From the human T2T-CHM13v2.0 reference genome, Homo sapiens, in the NCBI RefSeq assembly GCF_009914755.1, contig NC_060934.1: a DNA stretch of 64,000 nucleotides; one strand, 5' to 3'. The position numbers were made by a program, and so were the translations under genes. The first letter of the stretch is position 1. Each line of letters begins with the position of its first letter. Positions 1-18,839 of this stretch are shown here, piece after piece. The notes beneath the pieces are model-generated. The model was not told the DNA's origin. It searched no databases and saw only the letters and a list, made by a program, of their open reading frames with translations.

Positions 1-18
1 TGAAGAACCCAAGCTGGG

Positions 19-393
19 TGTATTAGTCCATTATCATGCTGCTATGAAGAAAGACCCACGACTGGCTAATTTATAAAGGAAAGAGGTTTAACTGACTCAC
101 AGTTTTGCATTGGTGGGGAGGCCTCAGGAAACTTACAATCATGGCAGAAGGCAAAGAAGAATCAGGCACCTTCACAGGGCATCAGGACAGAGTAAGTGCA
201 AACAGGGGAAATGCCAGATGCTTATAAAACCATCAGATCTTGTAAGCACTCACTACCATGAGAACAGCATGTGGGAGGAAACCACCCTCATGATCCAATT
301 ACCTCCACCTGGTTCCACCCTTGACATGTGGGGATTATAGGAATTACAATTTGAGGTGAGATTTGGGTGGGGACACAGAGCCAAACCATATCT
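19..393 (-). mobile_element. THE1D-type MaLR solo LTR
   Basis: Runs from TGTATTAGTCC to GGGGACACAGAGCCAAACCATATC, the reverse complement of THE1 LTR termini; about 375 bp. Confidence 0.9.
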
Positions 394-1566
394 CTAAGTC
401 CCCAAGGTCACATTTAAACTTCTTCGCATCACAGTATTGAAAAAAAGAAAAAAGGCAGTTGCAGAAGAGTCTCTCAAAAGGAACATTTTCCTTTCATTAT
501 TTGCTTTCTTTCTTCTGAAATGCCCTCTCTGACTTTCCAAAATAAAATAAAGTTAGGAGAGAAAAAATCATTCCCTCTCCACTTCTGATACATTGCAGCT
601 GATGTTAGGGTTTTCCTAAGATTCACTGAGGTGAATTTCACTAGGTAGCATAAAAAGAGCTTTTCAGAAAAGGCACTAACAGATGTTACAATGAAAGCAG
701 ACACCTTTGCAGCTGATTTATCAAAACCCTTGAAGAACCATTTCAAGGCAGGTAGCAAAGGCAATAATGTTGAACAAAGGGAGTACATCCAGAGGCAGAA
801 CTGTATTGCATGTTCTAAAAAGAGAAAGAGAAATAGGAAGTCCATAGGAACCATTTTCCCCATTTTGTGCATGTCTCTTTACCAGTTTCTGAGCATGAAC
901 CAATATAATTTTTCCAGAGCCCATTCAAAGCCAGAGGGGGATAAATAAAGGCACTTCTTTTCTCAGGTTCTCATTAAGATATGGTAGAATTCTCTTCTGA
1001 ATTTGAAGGTAATTACAGAAAGTTGCTTTTCTGTTCCTTTAAGGAGGAGCAGTCGAAAATAACCTCCTGTAAAGTCATGGTCTTTGACGGTTAACCAAAG
1101 GGAGCATCATCTTTGAATAAATGCATGCATCAATGGAGGCACAAACCACACGCATTATGCTTTATATTAAAACCTCTGCTGGATAAAAAGAAAGGGGGAC
1201 TTGCAGCCCAGGAGAAGAAAGGTGCCTGGATGGCTTCCAGTAGGACATCCCATCCTAAGGAAGGACTGGGCTGCAGCAGCCTGTTCAATCAATGCAGTGA
1301 GTCAGCACTGTGGAAAGAGAATCAAGTGAGAGCAGTGAGCCTTGAAAGGCAGCCTGCCTTGGAGCTGGAGAGGTTCCTGGAGGGGTGGGGCCACGTGATA
1401 ACTGAAGCTCATACTCCTTCCTCCCACCGTCCATCCCCATGGGAGAGATCTCAAGGGAAAAATGGAGTCTCTGAATGCTAGAACATTCCAGCTGGGTGGG
1501 ACACCCAGGGCTCATCTAGTCCAACCCACCAGTTACATGGTCCAGAAATGGAGGCTCTGAGACAGC

Positions 1567-1790
1567 AATAATAAAAGCTAACATGATGAGCTTTTTATGT
1601 TCCAGATACTGTTCTCACCACTCTATCTATAATAATGTGTAATTTAATAAAACAACAACTCTTATCTTTGCATCATACCTGACAGTTGGTGCTGTAATCA
1701 TATGGTCCTCATTTTACAGATGAGAAATTTGAGACCAAAGGAAGTTAAGTAACTGAACTAAGGACCTATAAACAGAAAAGTGACCTTAGT
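1567..1790 (-). mobile_element. MIR SINE remnant
   Basis: MIR core-like CATTTTACAGATGAGAAATTTGAG...GTTAAGTAACTG; boundaries approximate. Confidence 0.7.
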
Positions 1791-2143
1791 GATGACCTTG
1801 AGGATCCTCACCTCAGTCCTCTGAGCTTTTGTCTTTTTATCTTCCAATGTCTTCCTTATTGGGTAGTTGCAAAATTTCAAATGTGCCTCTAGTAGCTCTG
1901 GGTACATGTTAGACACATAGTTGTTAAGTGGAGTTGAAGATGTTCATGAAGCAGGGAAGGGAAGGAGGAACATGCTCGATGCTGTACTTCTCTAGATAGT
2001 TAGGTTTGCTTTAACCCTGAAAGGCTCTTTTTATGCTACCTTTGCTTAACTTTGGCCAAAAGTTGACAGGGGGAGCATGGGGGAGTGAGAGAAGAGCAAA
2101 GAAGTTGAAGAAGGCCAAATCTACAGAAAAGTGAAAGACAGAC

Positions 2144-2722
2144 TGTATTTGACAGAATTAGAGAAACAGAACCAATAGGATGTATGTATCCATCTCTATC
2201 TGTATCATCTATCTATCTGTCTATCTGTCTGTGTGCCTGTCTGTCTACCTACCTATCTCTACACCTGTATTATATCTAACAATATCTCGATCTATTAATA
2301 TCTATCAAATAAAAAATTGGCTCATGCAATTATGAAGGATGGCAGGTTCTAAAAGCAAGCTGGAGACCCAGGAAAGAAGATGGTATTGTTCTAAGTCCAT
2401 GGTTAGCAGCCTTGAGACCAGGAAGAGCTGATGATTCAGTTTGAATCTGAAGGCTGGAACAAACCAATATCCCAGCTTAAAGACAGGCAGATAGGAGGAA
2501 TTATCTCTTATTCCAGGGAGGGTCAACATTTTTTGCCTATTCAGATCTTCAGCCTGGATGGGGCCCACACACATTAGGGAGAGTAACTGTTCTCTCAGTC
2601 CATTGATTGAAATGTTAATCTCATCCAGAAATATTCTCACAGGCACACCGAGAATAATGTTTAACCAGATAACTGGATGATTCATGTCCCAGTAAAGTTG
2701 ACACATACAATTAGCCATCACT
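2144..2722 (-). mobile_element. MLT2 (B/C/D-like) 3' LTR of the ERV-L provirus
   Basis: GAGAAACAGAACCAATAGGA...AAGTTGACACATACAATTAGCCATCAC; adjoins the purine-rich 3' end of the internal region (CCCTTGTCAACTTGG on +); contains a (TATC/TGTC)n tract. Confidence 0.9.
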
Positions 2723-3384
2723 AGTTCATCCCTTGTCAACTTGGCACCCATATGCATCTGCTTACTTAATCTTAGGTACTTAATCTCCAAATAAAGATAA
2801 TAACAAGGTTATAATTCTGCCTAACATGATGCAACTATTCTGCTCACAACTAAAATCAATGTAACTTCTTTCCCAGAAGAGAAAGTAAAGTCCTTGAATG
2901 ATGTTTACTTTTCTCCTTTATATTCTGTAACTTCAATACTATGGTATAAAATTAACAACGATTAAATGCTGTAAAATAAAGTTAATCAATAAAGTCATGT
3001 ACATCTCATGTTACATGATAAGGGGATGAGAGGAAAGAAAACAAAGATGTTTGCTTAATACACACACATATCCATAACAAAATAAGGAGCAAATACTCAT
3101 GACAATTATAGTCCTTGTTTCTGTAACTGGTCATGTGGTCATAGCTGGTACTTATAAACTACCTTCTTCCACTACCCATTCCATATTCCCTTTGCTTTAG
3201 GCAAACACCTCAGCTGGTCATTGTTTTTTACCTGGTAGGCTGACCCAAACCTTTATTCCTAAAGGGTCTGAGCTATTAGTAGTCCTGTCTCAGTTAGGTT
3301 GTTGTAGTTTTCCATTGTTCTTAATTACAATGAAATGGTAATATTAAGAGATGCCCCAAGAGATCTCCTGTATTCTAGATTTAC

Positions 3385-3590
3385 TCTTCCCTACCTCCAT
3401 TATGGACTAGTAATCCAATTTCCCCTTGTTTTCCAGGATCAATCATCTCAGCCAACACAGTAACTCATTTCTTTGCCTGCTGATTCAAAGGCATGATGAG
3501 GAACCCAAAGTGGCCAGGTGGAAGTTTGAACATCCAGTTCAATAGAATTATGGTTGTGTCTCCTGGGGGAAGCATTTCTCCCTTTAGAAC
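3385..3590 (-). pseudogene. ERV-L dUTPase remnant
   Basis: Minus-strand translation KGEMLPPGDTTIILLNWMFKLPPGHFGFL...AKK*VTVLAEMIDPGKQGEIGLLVHNGG, a degenerate G-x-I-D-x-D-Y-x-G-E motif with an internal stop. Confidence 0.8.
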
Positions 3591-6500
3591 TAAGATCTCT
3601 TTGCCAGAAGAATATAAGGATGCAGGAACAGGGAGCAAGTATCTGCTAGTGGGTCACCAGGAGTCATAGTGAATGGTCCCACTCTCATTTCTACCCCTTG
3701 ACTACTGGACCCAAAATTCCTGGCTATGGGAAAAATAGCACCATACATTGGAGGCTTATATAGAGCATATACAGTGTTCTGGAGAACATTGCCCCAGACC
3801 TGCAAGGAATTGCCACTAGCCGGTGCTATAATTGAATCATCAAAAGGCCATGCCACTGTTCTACCTAACAGCTGCTTCAGGATGGTGGGGAACACAGACC
3901 AGTGAAGTCTGTGAGCCTGGGCCCATTACTGTATTTCATTTGCTGTGGAGCAAGTTCCTTGTTCAGAAGCAGTACTGTGTAGAATACCATGGTAGTAGAT
4001 AAGGCATTCTGTAAGTCCTCAGATAATAGTTTTGGCAGAAGTGTTGCATGCCAAGAAAGCAAATCTATTAAATATCCAGAATCCATGTCTATTTGAGTAA
4101 GAACAAAATGCTGCCCCTTCTGTAATTGAAGAAGTCCAATGTAATAGACTTGCCACCAGATAGCTAGCTGAGCACCCTAAGGAATAGTGCTATATCAGTA
4201 ACTTGGCATGGGGCTCTGCTGCTGGACAACTCAGCATTGGCTTCAGTCAGGTTGATTCTGATGAGTTGAAGTCATCAAGGTTTAAACCCATGTATAACCT
4301 CCATCTATGCTACCATGCCAACTTTATCCATGAAGCCATTGGGCGATGGCAGGGGCGGCTGGGAAAGAGGCTGACTGGTATCCAAAGAATGGGTCATTCT
4401 ATCCAATTGATTATTGAAATCTTCCTCAGCTGAGGTCATTCTTTGATTAGCATACCCATGAAACAGAAATATCTTCACGTTATTTTCCCATTCATAGAAG
4501 TCTATCCACATACCTCTTCCCCAAACTGCCTTGTCACCAACTTTTCAATCACGTTCCTTTCATGTCCCTGACCATCCAGGCAAATCATTGGCCACAGCAA
4601 TGAATCAGTACATAATCACACATCTGGTCCCTTTTCCTTCCAAGCAAAGTAAACAACTGGGTACATTGCTCAAAGGTGTGCCCAGTGGAAGAATTTCCCT
4701 TCACCACTATCCTCAGGGATGTCCCAGGAGAGGGGCTGTGGTGCTATAGCTGTTCACTTTTGGATGGTACCTGCATATTGAGCAGAACCATCTGTATACC
4801 AGTCCTGAGTCTTCTCTTCCTCCACCAAGTGATCCTAGGAAACTCCCCACGAGGACAGAGGTGCAGGCTCAGAAATAGAAGGCAGTGTAGCAGAAGTGGG
4901 GAATCACATGCATTTGGGCCACTTCATTTAATTTATTTGTGCCTTCAGGGCTTGCTCAAGCCCAGTCATGTATATACCATTTCCATCTGATAATGGGGTG
5001 CTGCTATGCACACCAAACTTTATAACTTGGTGGGTCAGATATCTTCCAGTTCATGATGGGCAGTTCAGGTTGTATAGTAACTTACTGGTCTATGGCTCAG
5101 TGTTTAGTCTCTGATAAGGCTCAGGAGTAGGCCAAGAGCCATTTCTCAAAAGAAAAGAAGTTATCTATAGAGAATAGCAGGGCTTTGCTCCAAAATCCTA
5201 GGTGCCTATGCTGCAGTTTCCCTACTGGGGCCTGCCAAGGTCTCCAAGCCACATCACTATCTGCCATGGACATTTTACAAACACCATTGGATCTGATGGG
5301 TCATATGGCCATGTGGCAGAGCAGCCTGCATGGTGGGCTGCACCCATTGCAGAGCCTTCTCTTGTTCTGGCACTCCCTCTCTACTGCCCCCAACCCCTGC
5401 TGCAAAAGTAATAGCTTTTCAGATCATTTAGTAAATAGACTGGAATAGCATATCCAAATGAGGATTATGTTGTTTCAAAATTCAGAAGACCACTAGGTAT
5501 TGTGCCTCTTTCTTGGTTGTAGGAGGGGCCGGATGGAACAACTTAGGTTTCACTTTAGAAGGAATATCTCTACATGCTCCACCTCACTGGACTGCTAGAA
5601 GTTTCACTGAGGTAGAAGCCCCAAATTTTTGTCAGAATTATGTTCTAACCTCTGGTGTGCAAATGTCTTACCAATAAGTCCAGAGTGGTTGCTATGTTTT
5701 ACTTATTAGGTCCAGTCAGCATAATGTCATCAATGTAATGGACCTGTGTGATAGCCTGTGGAAGGAAAAGGTGATCAAGATTCCTGTGAACTAAATTATA
5801 ACATAGAGCTGGAGACTTGATATATGCCTTAGGTAGGACAGTGTATTAGTTCATTCTCACACTGCTATGAAGAAATATTCGTGACTGGGTATTATAAAGG
5901 AAAGAGGTTTAACTGACTCATAGTCCCACATGGCTGGGGAGGCCTTAGGAAACTTACAATCATGGCGGAAGGCACCTCTTCACAGGGTGGCAGGAGAGTG
6001 AATGAGTAAGTAGGGAAATGTCAGACACTTATAAAACCATTAGATCTCATGAGACCCACGAATTATCATGAGAATAGCATGGGAGAAACTGCCCCCATGA
6101 TTCAGTCATCTCCACCTGGTCCCACTCTTGACACTTGGGGATTATGGGAATTACAATTTAAGGTGAGATTTGGGTGGGGACACAGAGACAAACCTTATCA
6201 GACAGTGAAGGTGTATATTGCTGGCCTTGCTAGCTGAAGGAAACTGGTTCTGGTGGTCCTTATTGACAGACAGGGAGAAAAATCATTTGCCAGATCAATA
6301 GCTGCATACCGGGTATCAGAAAACATGTTAATTTGTTCAAGCAATGAAATGACATCTGGCACAACAGCTACAATAGGAGTTACCACCTGGTTAAGCTTGT
6401 GATAATTCACTGTCATTTTCCAAGATCCATCTGTCTTCTCTACAGGCCAAATAGGGGAACTAAATGGGGACATGGTGGGAATTACTACCCTTGCATCCTT

Positions 6501-6900
6501 CAAGTTCTTGATGGTGGCATAATGTATGCAATCCCTCCAGGAATGCAGTATTGCTTTTGGTTTACTATTTTCCTAGGTAGAGGCAATTCTAATAGCTTAC
6601 ACTTGGCCTTTCTCATCATAATGGCTTTCATTTCACAAGTCAAGGAACAAATGCGGGAGTGCTATTATCTGGTTCTGCCAGGTCTATTACAATTATGCAT
6701 CTAGAACCAGGAAAATAATCACAGGATGTATTTAGGGGCTCACTGGGTCCACTGTGAGACTGATCACCTGATCTCATAAACCCCTACTCTGACTGGTGGA
6801 CCACAGTGACATTTTGGGCCTCAGGGAATTATATGAGTTCCAAGCCAGTGTCCATTAGCCTCTTATGAATAATTAGTCTGATTATTTCCTTTTCCCAGTG
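3590..6900 (-). pseudogene. ERV-L pro-pol remnant (protease, RT, RNase H, integrase), multiply disrupted
   Basis: LMDTG near 6844-6852; SPFSSPIWPVEKTDGSWKMTVNY..AAIDLAN (ORF 6198-6503); HYIDDIML near 5726-5737; YTDGSAQYAG near 4770-4797; WQVYYIG..FVLTQIDMDSGY near 4072-4156. Confidence 0.88.
5842..6200 (-). mobile_element. THE1D-type solo LTR inserted in the ERV-L RT
   Basis: TGTATTAG...AAACCTTATCA termini with a perfect 5-bp TSD GACAG (5837-5841 and 6201-6205). Confidence 0.93.
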
Positions 6901-6975
6901 CTCACCGTGATAAAAAGCCATAGGTCCCTTAAGAGAAGGCTGGAAAAAAGATTAACCATAAATTTTTGGCAGTAG

Positions 6976-7869
6976 AAGATGGCCGAATAGGAACAGCTCC
7001 GGTCTACAGCTCCCAGCGTGAGTGACGCAGAAGACGGGTGATTTCTGCATTTCCATCTGAGGTACCGGGTTCATCTCACTAGGGAGTGCCAGACAGTGGG
7101 TGCAGGCCAGTGGGTGCGCGCACCTTGCGCAAGCCGAAGCAGGGCGAGGCATTGCCTCACCTGGGAAGCGCAAGGGGTCAGGGAGTTCCCTTTCCGAGTC
7201 AAAGAAAGGGGTGACGGACGCACCTGGAAAATCGGGTCACTCCCACCCGAATATTGCGCTTTTCAGACCGGCTTAAAAAACGGCGCACCACGAGACTATA
7301 TCCCACACCTGGCTCGGAGGGTCCTATGCCCACGGAATCTCGCTGATTGCTAGCACAGCAGTCTGAGATCAAACTGCAAGGCGGCAGCGAGGCTGGGGGA
7401 GGGGCGCTCGCCATTGCCCTGGCTTGATTAGCTAAACAAAGCAGCCGGGAAGCTCAAACTGGGTGGAGCTCACCACAGCTCAAGGAGGCCTGCCTGCCTC
7501 TGTAGGCTCCACCTCTGGGGGCAGGGCACAGACAAACAAAAAGACAGCAGTAACCTCTGCAGACTTAAATGTCCCTGTCTGACAGCCTTGAAGAGAGCAG
7601 TGGTTCTCCCAGCACGCAGTTGGAGATCTGAGAACGGGCAGACTGCCTCCTCAAGTGGGTCCCTGACCCCTGACCCCCGAGCAGCCTAACTGGGAGGCAC
7701 CCCCGAGCAGGGGCACACTGACACCTCACACGGCAGGGTATTCCAACAGACCTGCAGCTGAGGGTCCTGTCTGTTAGAAGGAAAACTAACAAACAGAAAG
7801 GACATCCACACCGAAAACCCATCTGTACATCACCATCATCAAAGACCAAAAGTAGATAAAACCACAAAG
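6976..7869 (+). promoter_or_regulatory. L1 5'UTR CpG-rich internal sense promoter and antisense promoter; YY1 core AAGATGGCC at 6976
   Basis: Matches the young-L1 5'UTR with many CpGs retained; promoter activity is known for the family, not shown for this copy. Confidence 0.75.
7199..7414 (-). CDS. ORF0: L1 ORF0, antisense 71-aa ORF, intact
   Basis: MASAPPPASLPPCSLISDCCASNQRDSVGIGPSEPGVGYSLVVRRFLSRSEKRNIRVGVTRFSRCVRHPFL is near-identical to primate L1 ORF0. Confidence 0.88.
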   Translation of the reverse strand: MASAPPPASLPPCSLISDCCASNQRDSVGIGPSEPGVGYSLVVRRFLSRSEKRNIRVGVTRFSRCVRHPFL

Positions 7870-8886
7870 ATGGGGAAAAAACAGAACAGAAAAACTGGAA
7901 ACTCTAAAAAGCAGAGCGCCTCTCCTCCTCCAAAGGAATGCAGTTCCTCACCAGCAACGGAACAAAGCTGGATGGAGAATGATTTTGACGAGCTGAGAGA
8001 AGAAGGCTTCAGACGATCAAATTACTCTGAGCTACGGGAGGACATTCAAACCAAAGGCAAAGAAGTTGAAAACTTTGAAAAAAATTTAGAAGAATGTATA
8101 ACTAGAATAACCAACACAGAGAAGTGCTTAAAGGAGCTGATGGAGCTGAAAACCAAGGCTCGAGAACTACGTGAAGAATGCAGAAGCCTCAGGAGCTGAT
8201 GCGATCAACTGGAAGAAAGGGTATCAGCAATGGAAGATGAAATGAATGAAATGAAGCGAGAAGGGAAGTTTAGAGAAAAAAGAATAAAAAGAAATGAGCA
8301 AAGCCTCCAAGAAATATGGGACTATATGAAAAGACCAAATCTACGTCTGATTGGTGTACCTGAAAGTGATGCAGAGAATGGAACCAAGTTGGAAAACACT
8401 CTGCAGGATATTATCCAGGAGAACTTCCCCAATCTAGCAAGGCAGGCCAATGTTCAGACTCAGGAAATACAGAGAATGCCACAAAGATACTCCTCGAGAA
8501 CAGCAACTCCAAGACACATAATTGTCAGATTCACCAAAGTTGAAATGAAGGAAAAAATGTTAAGGGCAGCCAGAGAGAAAGGTCGGGTTACCCTCAAAGG
8601 GAAGCCCATCAGACTAACAGCGGATCTCTCGGCAGAAACCCTACAAGCCAGAAGAGAGTGGGGGCCAATATTCAACATTCTTAAAGAAAAGAATTTTCAA
8701 CCCAGAATTTCATATCCAGCCAAACTAAGCTTCATAAGTGAAGGAGAAATAAAATCCTTTACAGACAAGCAAATGCTGAGAGATTTTGTCACCACCAGGC
8801 CTGCCCTAAAAGAGCTCCTGAAGGAAGCGCTAAACATGGAAAGGAACAACCGGTACCAACCGCTGCAAAATCATGCCAAAATGTAA
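7870..8886 (+). pseudogene. L1 ORF1p with one premature stop at codon 110
   Basis: 1017-bp frame MGKKQNRK...QNHAKM; TGA at 8197-8199 where the consensus has CGA. Confidence 0.93.
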
Positions 8887-8934
8887 AGACCATCAAGACT
8901 AGGAAGAAACTGCATCAACTAACGAGGAAAATAA

Positions 8935-12776
<3,842 letters not shown>

Positions 12777-13032
12777 ACAATGAGATCACATGGACACAGG
12801 AAGGGGAATATCACACTCTGGGGACTGTGGTGGGGAGGTGGGGGGGGGAGGGATAGCACTGGGAGATATACCTAATGCTAGATGACGAGTTAGTGGGTGC
12901 AGCGCACCAGCATGGCACATGTATACATATGTAACTAACCTGCACAATGTGCACATGTACCCTAAAACTTAAAGTATAATTAAAAATAAAAAATAAAAAA
13001 TAAATTAAAAAAAAAAATTTTTTTTGGCAGTA

Positions 13033-15241
<2,209 letters not shown>

Positions 15242-15278
15242 TGTGATAGTCAGGGTTCTGCAGTGAAACAGATACAAT

Positions 15279-15321
<43 letters not shown>

Positions 15322-15781
15322 ATGTATGTAGGAAGAGAGGCAGGCAGAGATTTATTATAAATATTTGGCTCATGTCATTATGAAGGCTGGGAAGCCCCAA
15401 GATCTGGCATCATCACACAGGGGAACCAGGAAAGTTGATGGTGTAGTTCCTTTCCACAGCTGGTAGGCTTGAGATCCAGGAAAAGCTCATGTTCCTGTTG
15501 GAATCCAAAGGCAGGAAAAAACTGATGGCCCAGCTTGAAGGCAGTCAGGCAGGAGGAATTTTCTCTTATTCCAGGAGGGTCAGCCTTTTCTTCTATTTAG
15601 GCTTTCAATTGATTGGGTCAGGCCCACCAATTAGGGAAGGTAGTCTGCTTTACTCAGTCTACAAATTTGAATGTTAATCTCAATCAGAAACATCCTCACA
15701 GGTATACCCAGAATAAAGTTTGGTCAAATGTCTAGGCACCCTGTGACCCAGTCAAATTGACACATAAAATTAAACATCACT
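15242..15781 (-). mobile_element. MLT2 5' LTR of the ERV-L provirus, with (TG)n at about 15283-15320
   Basis: Homologous to 2144-2722; TAGTCAGGGTTC...GACACATAAAATTAAACATCAC. Confidence 0.9.
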
Positions 15782-15789
15782 GAGCCCTC

Positions 15790-16070
15790 ATTCAAATATT
15801 TCTTCATTTTAAAAAAGTTTTCTAAAGACCTATTATGTTCCAGGCACTGGTTTAATCATGGGAGATATGTCAGTGAACAAGAGAGTTAAAAATGCTTGCA
15901 CTGTTGAGTCGTTAATACATTCTAGGAGGAAAGAAAGAAAACAAATATATCAAATATGCAAATTATATAATATGTTAGAGGACTTTAGGTACAATAGGAA
16001 AACAAAGATCAGGATAAGGGGACTGGAAATGCTGGTGAGGGCAGCAAAATGTTTGTCATTTTAAATAGGC
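15790..16070 (-). mobile_element. L2 3'-end remnant
   Basis: CCTATTATGTTCCAGGCACTG...GATATGTCAGTGAACAAG. Confidence 0.65.
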
Positions 16071-16360
16071 TCAAGTCTGAGGCCACAGTTGGTGCCCCTA
16101 ATCACTGAGCTCAACTGGTGATCTGGTAGAACAACATTTCTGTAAATTCCAAAATGTGTCAGATCTCTCTGAGCCCTGGTAAAACACAAATAAAAGAGTT
16201 TTTGAAAAATTAAACTCATTAGAAATTTCCTGTCTTGAGCTTTTTGCTTTCAGACAAATTATAATAAAGCATGGGGATTTTTGTGTCTTAAGCCTTGGCT
16301 CAAATATGACATAAGAAACTAGAATGAGGGGTGATATAGGTAGTATAAATAATGAGGCTA

Positions 16361-16738
16361 TGCTATGAACCTAATTGTGTTTCCCCAAAATGTATATATT
16401 GAAGCCTAACTCCCAAGGTGACTCTAGAGATCGGGCCATTAGCAGGTGACTAAAATTCAATGAGGTTATAAGGATGAGGCCCCAGTCCAATAGGGCTGTT
16501 GCTCTTATAAGAAAAGGATGAGGCACCAGAGCTCTCTCTCTTTCTCTCTCTGCCATGTGAAGACACAGTGAGAAGGTGGCCGCCTCTAAGCCAGGAAGAG
16601 AGTCTATGCCAGAACCTAACCATGCTGGCATCTGATCTCAGACTTCCAGCCTTCAGAACTGTGAGAAATAACTTTCTGTTGTTTAAGTTACACAGTCTAT
16701 GGTGTTTTTCTTTATGGCAGCCTGAGCTGACTAATACA
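16361..16738 (+). mobile_element. MLT1A-type MaLR solo LTR
   Basis: TGCTATG...GACTTCCAGCCTTCAGAACTGTGAGAAATAA...GACTAATACA. Confidence 0.88.
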
Positions 16739-17559
16739 GGAGATAAGCATGGGAAATGAGGAGTCTATGGCAGTCAGATCCTCCTTACAGGCACATACGC
16801 TTTCATATCGTTGGAATGAGCATAGAATTATTCAGTGAAGAACTTGAGTTGTCAAGAGTGTATATATAATTTGTGTACAACTGTGATTCATCATAAGTGG
16901 AGTTTCTGGCTAAACAGAATTCCTAAGCATTTGGGAGAATGAAGAAACTGAATGCAGCTGCCTCATTCCTTCTGCCTGGGCTTGCTGACTGTTCAAGGCC
17001 TGCCGGGACTGGGGCTAAGGACTAAGCCCCACTCTGGCTACAAAGACTCCTGTTAGGGTGGGCTGGGAAGACTGACTGGTTTGGGAGACAGGATTCCAAT
17101 GACAGAGCCTGCCAGGCTGGGCATTTCTGAGTAATCTGTAGACAATAGGAAGTTTGAGGAAATTTGGACTGGATAGAAAATGATTAAATATATGCTGAAT
17201 AGTCTAGTACATTCTGGAAACATAGAGGTCTGAGGTGGAAGACAAGATTGGAGGAAATCTCAAAAGCTGGGCTTAGTAGGTGAGTTCTACATTAAGACAA
17301 GCATGATTTTGAGAAGGGTGAACCTGCATCACTAATTGCATTCAGAGGGTGAATAAGACCAGTAATGCACAGATGTGTAGCTACAATTGCCAAGATTTGA
17401 GAAAGACCAATGCATTTATAACATACACAAGAATCTGTGTATTTCTGTGATTTACAATTTGCAACCAACAGAATTCCACCTCACAACTTGCTTGACTGTG
17501 GTCAACTTGGCATGGAATAAGCAAATGTTTGGGATACACTTTAAGGATAGCAAATTCAT

Positions 17560-17690
17560 TTTGACTCATTCATTCATTCAAAACAAATCAATAATTGTTG
17601 AGTATCTACTCTGGGCTAGGAACTGTGTTAGTTGCTACAGATACAATGATATGCATGATAGACATGACTCCTGCTGGAACTTACGGTATA
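17560..17690 (-). mobile_element. L2 3'-end remnant
   Basis: (TCAT)n tail followed by TTGAGTATCTACT. Confidence 0.6.
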
Positions 17691-18659
17691 GGGATCACGT
17701 TTTAACATTTTCAGCTAACTCATTCTGCAATTTTCTTCATGGCCACAGCCCAACAAATGTCCTCACAAGCTAGACATAGACACTTTTATAACCAAAGAAC
17801 ACAGAAATTTATTCTTTTTATCCACCCTATAAAGTGCAAACTCTATGGGCACCAGCCTAGCAATTTCACCTATGGTTACAGAATCCCAGTGACTTAGTGT
17901 CTCTGCAATCATTCTCCCTGGGTTTCCGGAGAAGGGAAAGTAAATGGTAGACTTTCAATCTTGTTTTAGGCCACGAGTTTTCCAAAATCTGTTCTCCAGA
18001 CTGTTTTGTTTTTAATTAAAATTTACATAGAATTGAATGAGTTAACTTTTGGAAATCCACTAACAGAGTGCCAGCCATGCAGTAGGTAGTAATGTCAGTT
18101 AGCGTCATTTTACCGAAAATAAAGCTAGTTATGTTTCATTTGTGTTAGCACTCCCACCTCTTTGCTGATCCAAATAAAACCTCTCAGAGGTACACAGCAA
18201 AAGAGAATTATAGACACCATCTAAATGTGAACTTTTGCCCACAGTTTTGCTTGGAAGTGAGCAGGTCGATTTCTTATACCCTCATTAAAGCATTTCATAT
18301 TCTCATATTTGAGGAAGGATAACCTGCTGCAAAGAGAAGAGATGAGAACAGGTAGAAACATGCTTGCAGATGATCAATGTGCCTGGGATTTGCCTGTGGC
18401 TTAGGAAAGGCCAGAAGCCAGGGCTTGGTCTAACTTTTAGCCAGTGAACACACCTTTTACTAGTGCCTGGTCATTCGTCTACTCAGCAGTTGGAAACCAC
18501 CTCCCTCCAGGAGCCTATTGACAAACCACAGCCCTCTTTTCCAGTTCTAGGGAAATGGGCAAAATGTAAGGAACAAAATGCTGTCTGCCTTCTTCTAATG
18601 CTAGAGCCATCTCGTGAGCCAAAGAGCCAAAGAGGGTGACTTGTGAATGCACTCTAGAA

Positions 18660-18830
18660 AAGCAAAGTGAGAGCTGTTATGGAAAGAGTGCTAGACTTGG
18701 AATTAGAGTTCCAGTCATAGTCCTGTTTCTTATTAGCTACATGACCTCACACCAATACATGTGCTTCAGATGTAAGACTTCTAATCATGGGTGTTTGGAG
18801 CATACTCTGCCTTACTTACCTCACAATGCC
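18660..18830 (+). mobile_element. MIR remnant
   Basis: GGAAAGAGTGCTAGACTTGGAATTAG...TTAGCTACATGACCT. Confidence 0.55.
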
Positions 18831-18839
18831 ACAGTCATG

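Noticed and set aside
474-1515. ORFs of 67-132 aa in unique sequence
   Set aside because: Overlapping on both strands, no recognisable domain, no supported exon structure
2305-2790. 161-aa minus-strand ORF
   Set aside because: Lies almost wholly in an MLT2 LTR; chance ORF
2722-6900. Domesticated retroviral gene or env
   Set aside because: Many stops and frameshifts; ERV-L has no env and none is seen
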